The notes under the pieces: generated by a model
Seen by the model: only the letters and a program-made list of their open reading frames with translations
Database searches by the model: none
Told to the model about the DNA's origin: nothing
Source of the DNA: Caulobacter sp.
GTDB taxonomy: Bacteria; Pseudomonadota; Alphaproteobacteria; Caulobacterales; Caulobacteraceae
Direction of reading: 5' to 3'
Assembly: GCA_026225565.1 (NCBI GenBank)
Contig: JAMFTA010000199.1
Location: 1-32,000, forward strand
DNA: 32,000 bases
Shown here: piece after piece, positions 26,501 to 32,000 of the stretch
Position numbering within the stretch: position 1 is the first letter of the stretch
How the letters are laid out: the number at the start of each line of letters is the position of its first letter
Made by a program: the position numbers and the translations under genes

Positions 26501-27034
26501 TATCGCAACGACCAGTTGCTCTACATCCCCCGTACCGACAGCACGGGCAATGTGACGGCGACCAGCGATCCCCGCGTCACCTATAATGCGGCGACCTTCG
26601 ATCTGGCCGCCTTCAACAAGTTCCTGAAGCAGACCGGCCTGATTAAATACGCCGGCGGCATCTCTCCCCGGAACGGCTTCTTTTCCCGCGACGTGGCCGA
26701 CATAGACGTGCGTTTCACCCAGGAATTCCCCGCCTTCTTCCCCAACGGGGCCAAGGGTGAGTTCTACTTCGACATCATCAACCTGGGCAATTTGCTCAAT
26801 AAACAATGGGGCGTGATAGACCAGGTGAGCTTCCCGGGCTTCGCCAACGCCGTTCAGGCGCGCAACTGTCAGGCCCTGCCCGGTCGGGCTAACGCGGGTT
26901 GTACGGCGGGCGTCGGCAACTTCTATCAGTATGACGTCTTCCGCTCCGCCAGCATCTCGCCGGCGGTGCAGACGCCAACCACCCCGCCCACCTCGGCCTG
27001 GGTGATGAAGTTTGGGGTGCGCTACAAGTTCTAG
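23525..27034 (+). CDS. TonB-dependent outer-membrane receptor with N-terminal carboxypeptidase-regulatory-like domain
   Basis: The signal peptide is MSMKTLVASAATTVLAFCAATSVAQA. It is followed by GEITNDAGHPLAGVQVRVTN (CarboxypepD_reg-like), a plug region, a long barrel, and a C-terminal FGVRYKF. I prefer ATG 23525 over the 23468 start in the track. Confidence 0.92.
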   Translation: MSMKTLVASAATTVLAFCAATSVAQAQDIFGGISGEITNDAGHPLAGVQVRVTNVPTHDTITTTTSAGGFFSVRNLPVGGPYDVVASDATHPAKTVRVDAITLGAPYDLNFSLGGGVQELTVKASRIHGTSAVQTGPRSTFTATDIQTLPSFSRDLKDLARLNPFVTVDPSNSNAILIAGNNNHVNTIYVDGVRQSDDFGLNNSGYPTQRSPISVDAVAAFNVEVAPYDVRYGDFQGGVLNIVTKSGSNEFHGGGFYEYDSAGATGDVLGNRAVNQPKCDSGAQSGTISVQPLGYTSPTTLNCGDRVLHPAFKDKNYGVNIGGPIVPDKLFFFFDYEKYEGITTAGYSASDGGGTNPVKGVTNADIANITSILKSVYGYDTLGTGGNLPVTDEKYFAKVNWNITDKQRLFVSYQRTDGTTLNAPNENVNTILGLGSNYYIYEQKLEAYTADLQSQWSSNFATEIEYSHKSVESPSVLVGKPFAEFQITLPSSTTVYVGPDISRQANNLGNTDQQVKLHASYTLGNHVISAGYEYENLNEFDLFVQDATGLFIFNKNCGAGDAITNLINRQACSLTYQNAYDNNPSTGGTSTTTETHTLFLQDEWRVLPTLTLQGGLRYERYQADSAPLLNPRFVTQYGFPNNLTIDGEDILEPRVGFRWRPDSTWTINGGAGLFSGGNPGVYTYDSYTNPGNLLGLISASCTTPSTTACNPALSGVTGSAIPANLKSSVTAAANTGNGIANALAPNFKPPADWKASIEVQKVMDFGQFAWLGEAGRLIGADWRFHGDYLYQKTQNAVFWKDLWEGQNVLGAPAPDGRPMFNPARYCANPAAALPGVACTPSTTRSTGYDIELAETSKGFANIWSVGFGKSWASGFDFDLTYTHQQVKDISPATSSVALSNYSQNAVVDPNNPGLSTSSYEIKYQTKLSLGYEHKFFGDNKTGFRLFAYERSGLPFSYTFYEATPGAAGANGATALSSSAAYDPLFGQTGSAAYRNDQLLYIPRTDSTGNVTATSDPRVTYNAATFDLAAFNKFLKQTGLIKYAGGISPRNGFFSRDVADIDVRFTQEFPAFFPNGAKGEFYFDIINLGNLLNKQWGVIDQVSFPGFANAVQARNCQALPGRANAGCTAGVGNFYQYDVFRSASISPAVQTPTTPPTSAWVMKFGVRYKF

Positions 27035-27056
27035 GCTTGGCGTCAGGTCTTGGAAC

Positions 27057-27083
27057 AGGGCGGCCCTCGGGCCGCCCTTTTTT
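27057..27083 (+). terminator. Rho-independent terminator
   Basis: AGGGCGGCC-ctcg-GGCCGCCCT is followed by T6. It lies 23 nt after the receptor stop. Confidence 0.85.
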
Positions 27084-27182
27084 ATTGTGAACTTTCTCTG
27101 GCGATAGGCGGTCTTGACGGCCCGTCCCGCTCTCGCCACTTAACCTCGGCGCATCTGCGCCTCCTTTCACCGAAAGACCGGC

Positions 27183-28183
27183 ATGAGCCTCTGTTTTCCC
27201 GCCGAATGGTCGCGCCACCGCACCATGTGGGTCGGCTTTCCCAGCCATGCGGAGCTTTGGCAGGACGACCTTGCCGATGCGCGCGAAGAGGTGGCGGCCC
27301 TGGCTCGGGCCCTGGCCGGCCCCGGCGGCGAGCGGGTGCGCCTCTTGGTGGCCAGCGACGAGGCGGCCGAGGCGGCGCGCACCTTGACCAATGGCGAGCC
27401 CGGCTTGGAGATTGTGCGCGGGGCCTTTGGCGACGTATGGCTGCGGGACACCGGGCCCCTGTTTCTCAAGAAGGGAGACGCCACCGTCGCCGCCGGTTTT
27501 CGCTTCAACGGCTGGGGCGGCAAATATGTGTTTCCCGACGACGACAGCGTGGCCGAGCAGCTGGCCGCCGCGGCCGGCGCGCCTCTGACTACTCATGATT
27601 TCGTGCTGGAAGGCGGTTCGGTGGATAGCGACGGGTTCGGAACCCTGCTCACCACCCGCCAGTGCGTCTTGAACCCCAACCGCAATCCCGACTGGAACGC
27701 GGCCAAGGCGGAGATGGCGTTGGGCCTCGCCCTCGGTCTGAAGACCGTCCTGTGGCTGGGCGACGGTTTACATAACGACCACACCGACGGCCATGTGGAC
27801 AATCTAGCCCGCTTCGTGGCGCCCGGCGTGGTCGCCTGCCCCATCGCCTTCGGCCGGGACGATCCCAACGCCGACGTCTATGACGCCACCGCCCGCACGC
27901 TCTCGGGTTTGAAGGACGCGCGCGGGGTGTCGCTGCAGGTGATGCGGATTCCCTCGCCCGGCCGCATTCTGAACAGCGACGGCGATGTGGTCCCCGCCTC
28001 GCACATGAACTTCCTGATCGCCAATGAGGCGGTGATCGCGCCGATCTATGAGGGCCAGGCCTCGGGCTACGCTCTGGATGCCCTCCGCGAAGCCTTCCCC
28101 GAGCGGGAGGTGATCGGTCTGCCCTCCACCGCCCTCCTCACCGGCGGCGGCTCCTTCCATTGCATCAGCCAGCAGGAGCCGGA

Positions 28184-28187
<4 letters not shown>
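27183..28187 (+). CDS. aguA: agmatine deiminase
   Basis: The motifs are FPAEWSRHRTMWVGFP, VWLRDTGP, HTDGHVDNLARF and the C-terminal GGGSFHCISQQEP (catalytic Cys). Confidence 0.92.
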
Positions 28188-29053
<866 letters not shown>

Positions 29054-29102
29054 CGCCTTTATCCTTCCCCCTTCGGGGTTTCGAAACGGCCGGCGTAGCC
29101 GA

Positions 29103-29128
29103 CAGATCGACAATTGCTTGTCGATCTG
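29103..29128. other. perfect 11-bp-arm palindrome/hairpin
   Basis: CAGATCGACAA-ttgc-TTGTCGATCTG lies in the aguB/phosphatase convergent intergenic region. The function is unknown. Confidence 0.5.
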
Positions 29129-29207
29129 AGTGCAGATGGGTGGCCGCTTGGGCGGCCGGATGCGGGGATCGGCTGCAGCACGTCGGCGCGACTGACCCCC
29201 TCACCCT

Positions 29208-29256
29208 CCCAGCCCGCGGCTGGGCCCCTCCCTCTCCCCGGAGGGGAGAGGGTTTT
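29208..29256 (+). terminator. two adjacent GC-rich hairpins (REP-like); the second plus T4 acts as a plus-strand intrinsic terminator
   Basis: The hairpins are CCCAGCC-cgc-GGCTGGG and CCCTCTCCCC-gga-GGGGAGAGGG, followed by TTTTAT. The second ends 10 nt before the phosphatase stop codon on the other strand. Confidence 0.55.
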
Positions 29257-29265
29257 ATCGCCCCG

Positions 29266-30300
29266 CTACTTATCCTGCGTCGGATTCATCCAAGGAGTGT
29301 GAGCCGCCGCGTCCATCTCTATCTTGCACTGGCCGGCGTCGGGGGCTGCGTGGGTGGAGGCTTCGGCGAGGGCGAGCGCCTTCTTGGCCGCCTCTAAGTC
29401 GCTGCGGAATTGGGGGTTGGAGTGCAACACCGCCACCAGGGCCGCGCCGTTGGTGCGACCCGCCTCAATGTCGCTGACCGTATGCACCCCGCAGACCACC
29501 CGGCTTTCGCCGAACGCCCGCGCCCTGGCTAGGATATCCGTGGCGTGGTCGGGCGCCATCTCCGCCAGGATCAGGCCCATGGCCCAGCTATAGGTGGCGT
29601 GGCCCGAGGGATAGGAGGGGCTTTTGATCAGCCCAGCTCGATCGTTCTCGGTGCAGATCGGGCCGTTCGGCGCGATGAACGGGCGAGGATGCTTGTAGTG
29701 ATCCTTGGCCAGATTGGTGATCGCCGAGGCGTCCCGCGCCACCCGCAGGAACAGGGCGTTGACCTCGGGCAGGTTGGCGGCTTCCAGCTTTAGTCCCAGG
29801 GGGCAGTCGAAAGCCTGCACGTAATCGGTGGCGTCCCGCGCAGCCATGGCCCAGCGGGGGGTGTCCTGCAGCGCCCTTGTGGCGGCGAAGGTCTCGTTGT
29901 CGAGCTTGTCTGCCGTCGAGCCCGGGACCGGTGGCGGCGGCAGGATGGCGATGGAGTCGGGTACGCCGTTTTCGCCCAGATAGCCGGGCAGGTGCGGCAT
30001 ACTCTGCAGGCTGTAGTGCGCCGTCGGCGCGGGGGGCGTTCTGGGAAGCTCCGTCTCGGGAGCCAGGGTCGCACGCCTGGCAAGACGGTGCGCCTTGGTC
30101 CTATGACCCCCACCCTTATGTGCGGCGTGCGCCGCCCGATGTGCGCCGGCCGCCTTGTGCGCTGTGGTCTTATGCCCCGTAGCCTTGTGCCCCGCCGTCT
30201 TATGCGCCGCGGCCTTGTGGTGGCCCGTCGTGGCTTGGGACAGGGCGGGCGAGGCGACGGCGAGGGCCGCTAAACTGAACACGAGGCAGGCGAAGCGCAT
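29266..30300 (-). CDS. class A (PhoC/PhoN-type) acid phosphatase, PAP2 superfamily, secreted, with His-rich N-terminal extension
   Basis: The signal peptide is MRFACLVFSLAALAVASPALS. All three PAP2 motifs are present: KDHYKHPRP (K-x6-RP), PSGH, and SRVVCGVHTVSD (SR-x5-H-x3-D). GGAGG lies 8 nt upstream of the ATG. Confidence 0.9.
   Translation of the reverse strand: MRFACLVFSLAALAVASPALSQATTGHHKAAAHKTAGHKATGHKTTAHKAAGAHRAAHAAHKGGGHRTKAHRLARRATLAPETELPRTPPAPTAHYSLQSMPHLPGYLGENGVPDSIAILPPPPVPGSTADKLDNETFAATRALQDTPRWAMAARDATDYVQAFDCPLGLKLEAANLPEVNALFLRVARDASAITNLAKDHYKHPRPFIAPNGPICTENDRAGLIKSPSYPSGHATYSWAMGLILAEMAPDHATDILARARAFGESRVVCGVHTVSDIEAGRTNGAALVAVLHSNPQFRSDLEAAKKALALAEASTHAAPDAGQCKIEMDAAAHTPWMNPTQDK
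30088..30222 (-). repeat. coding repeat: His-Lys pentapeptide-like units, H-K-(A/T)-(A/T)-(G/A)
   Basis: Residues 27-71 read HHKAAAHKTAGHKATGHKTTAHKAAGAHRAAHAAHKGGGHRTKAH, which is 11 His in 45 residues. On the plus strand this appears as recurring CTTATG/CTTGTG. Confidence 0.85.
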
Positions 30301-30303
30301 GAA

Positions 30304-30324
30304 GGACCTCCGAGATGGAGGCCC
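30304..30324 (-). promoter_or_regulatory. hairpin pairing the phosphatase Shine-Dalgarno with an upstream CCUCC
   Basis: The minus-strand RNA GGGCCUCC-aucuc-GGAGGUCC forms 8 bp including one G-U pair. The 3' arm contains the GGAGG that lies 8 nt before the ATG at 30300. Confidence 0.35.
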
Positions 30325-30371
30325 TCTATAGCAACGCCGCCCGACAATCAGATGGCAAATCAGACGCAGAT

Positions 30372-31433
30372 CTAGGCGAACAGCTTCTGCCAGCCGCGCT
30401 TCTCGCGGCTCTTCCAGGTTCCCCGGTGATAGGCGTCCGAGCCGATCAGGGGCACCACGGTGGTGGCTTCCGCAAACACCATCTGCTCATAGGTGGTGTT
30501 CACCTTGCCCCAGGAGGCGGCCTCTTTCAGGGTGGAAGAGGAGCAGGCGCCGTCGCGCACGTCGGCGACGGTGATCTGCACCGCATACTTGTGCATCTCC
30601 GCCTCGACGCCGAGGATTTCGGCGCAGACCACCGTATCCTGGGCGAAGTTCTTGGGCACGCCGCCGCCGACCATGAACAGGCCCGTGGTGCCGGCCGCGA
30701 TCTTGATGTCGGTCAGTTCGCGGAAATCGGCCACCGCGTCGATGGAGACATAGGGCTTTTTGGCGGCAATCCGCTCCTTCTGGTGCTTCACCAGGCCAAA
30801 GCCGGCGGATGAGTCCACGAAGGCCGGGCAGAAGATCGGCGCGCCTTCCTCGTAAGCGGTCTGGATCAGGCTGCCGGGCTTCTTGGCGTTGCCGGCGGCC
30901 AGCCACTTGCCGATCTCGTAGATGAATTCGCGGGAGGAGTAGGGGCGGGGCTCCAGGGAATTGGTGATCTCCAGTATGGTGTGGTCGCAGTTCTGGAGCT
31001 CTTCCTCATCGATATAGGTGTCGTAGATGCGGTCGATGTAGTTCTCGCGCAGCACATTGTCGTCCACCGGACCCTCGGCCTGATAGTGGCGAAAGCCCAG
31101 GGCCTCGAAGAAGTCCATGTCGATGATCGAGGCGCCGGTGGCCACCACCACGTCGATCATCCCGTACTTCACCATGTCGCGATAGACGTGCATACAGCCG
31201 CCCGCCGAGGTGGAGCCGGCCAGGATCAGCCAGGGCGAGCAGGCCGGATCGGCGATGGCCATGTCCAGGATGTCGGCGGCTCTGGCGGTGTCGCGGCTGG
31301 TGAAGCTCATCTTGCGCATGGCGTCGATCACCGGGCGCGCGTCATAGGCGGTGATGTCGACATGCTCGACGAGCTTGTTCAGCAGGGCGGCCTTTGTATT
31401 GGGCCGTTCTTGGCTCGTGAGGGGAGCGTTCAT
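30372..31433 (-). CDS. deoxyhypusine synthase-like protein (possible homospermidine synthase)
   Basis: The 353-aa product aligns by eye with the DHS family (GGGVPKNF, and EAASWGKV matching the human EAVSWGK catalytic-Lys motif, then VFAEATTVVPLI). GAAAGGA lies 8 nt upstream of the ATG. Confidence 0.88.
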   Translation of the reverse strand: MNAPLTSQERPNTKAALLNKLVEHVDITAYDARPVIDAMRKMSFTSRDTARAADILDMAIADPACSPWLILAGSTSAGGCMHVYRDMVKYGMIDVVVATGASIIDMDFFEALGFRHYQAEGPVDDNVLRENYIDRIYDTYIDEEELQNCDHTILEITNSLEPRPYSSREFIYEIGKWLAAGNAKKPGSLIQTAYEEGAPIFCPAFVDSSAGFGLVKHQKERIAAKKPYVSIDAVADFRELTDIKIAAGTTGLFMVGGGVPKNFAQDTVVCAEILGVEAEMHKYAVQITVADVRDGACSSSTLKEAASWGKVNTTYEQMVFAEATTVVPLIGSDAYHRGTWKSREKRGWQKLFA

Positions 31434-31535
31434 CGCGAGATCCTTTCGTGTGAGCGCCCGTCATCCAAAACGGCTCAGCCGGGACGGAGCGACCGGGTGA
31501 ACTCTATAGAGCGTCGTCGGGAACGCGAAGCGAGA

Positions 31536-31591
31536 CCCGAGGACCGAGCCGCACTGGTTGCGAAGCTGGGTCCTCAGGTCAAGCCCGAGGA
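31536..31591 (-). promoter_or_regulatory. three-element motif able to form two mutually exclusive hairpins in the decarboxylase/DHS-like intergenic RNA
   Basis: On the minus-strand RNA, A is UCCUCGGG (31591-31584), B is CCUGAGGACC (31578-31569) and C is GGUCCUCGGG (31545-31536). A:B forms 8 bp with a 5-nt loop. B:C forms about 9-10 bp with one bulge and a ~23-nt loop. Confidence 0.35.
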
Positions 31592-31629
31592 TGACAATGT
31601 TTTGTGTCAGCAATAGGCGTCTGCGGCGA

Positions 31630-32000
31630 CTACCGCCGCCGGCGCTTTTGTCCGGCCTTGCCCTTGGGACGGGAGAAGCGGACCACCTTGCGCTCTTCTT
31701 CTTCCGTGCGGGGAAGCGAGATCGAGCGCTTGGCGAGGCCGAACATGGAGGCCATGGGCGCATCCGCGGCGCCGACGGTTTCAGTGTCGCCATAGCCGTT
31801 GAAGCGGGTGTTCATGGCCGTGCCATAGGCGCCGAGCATCCCGATCTCCACGTAGTCGCCCTCGCGCACATCGTCCGGCAGCCAGAAGGGGCCTGGCATG
31901 TGGTCGATAGAGTCGCAGGTCGGGCCGTAGAAGCGGAAGGGCTTCAGCTCGGTGGAGGCCTCGCCGTCACGGATCATCTTCACCGGGAAGGGCCATTTGG
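31630..32000 (-). CDS. type III PLP-dependent decarboxylase (ornithine/lysine decarboxylase type), C-terminal part; 5' end outside window
   Basis: The ORF is open to the window edge (...KWPFPVKMIRDGE...). It carries GPTCDSID and GAYGTAMNTRFNG, which are typical of Orn/DAP/Arg decarboxylase family 2. It ends with a basic tail ...KGKAGQKRRRR. Confidence 0.88.
   Translation of the reverse strand, partial: KWPFPVKMIRDGEASTELKPFRFYGPTCDSIDHMPGPFWLPDDVREGDYVEIGMLGAYGTAMNTRFNGYGDTETVGAADAPMASMFGLAKRSISLPRTEEEERKVVRFSRPKGKAGQKRRRR

Overview
This is a high-GC chromosomal segment (about two-thirds G+C by eye). Its gene content looks alphaproteobacterial and possibly Caulobacterales-like: a lipoprotein resembling the CC0125/CC1285 family, a HisKA_2-type kinase, a very large CarboxypepD_reg TonB-dependent receptor, and an OmpA protein with a poly-proline linker. 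That taxonomic guess is an inference only. I support about 31 protein genes. I found no rRNA or tRNA genes, no CRISPR array, no transposase, integrase or phage genes, and no recognisable defence genes. Most of the window is ordinary housekeeping: argG, bfd-bfr, thiE, efp, yidD-thrS and aguA-aguB. Many long ORFs in the supplied track are antisense or N-terminally over-extended, which is a common artefact of high-GC DNA. The parts worth a second look are these. (1) Three ArnT/PMT-type GT-C membrane glycosyltransferases lie within 17 kb, and two of them have their own polyprenyl-phosphate GT2 partner, so these are duplicated lipid-carrier glycosylation modules with unknown sugar and acceptor. (2) A SAM hydrolase/halogenase-family (DUF62) protein carries what looks like an export signal. 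(3) A polyamine neighbourhood contains aguAB, an ornithine-decarboxylase-type gene with a basic C-terminal tail, and a deoxyhypusine-synthase-like gene that retains the catalytic SWGK lysine, in the same window as a Lys34-type EF-P. (4) An OmpA-family protein has 22 consecutive proline codons. (5) A class A acid phosphatase has an N-terminal His-Lys pentapeptide repeat. (6) A small low-GC islet holds an orphan ORF. (7) Several RNA or DNA structures are visible by eye. I cannot demonstrate a new system from sequence alone, so all functional proposals below are labelled as inference.
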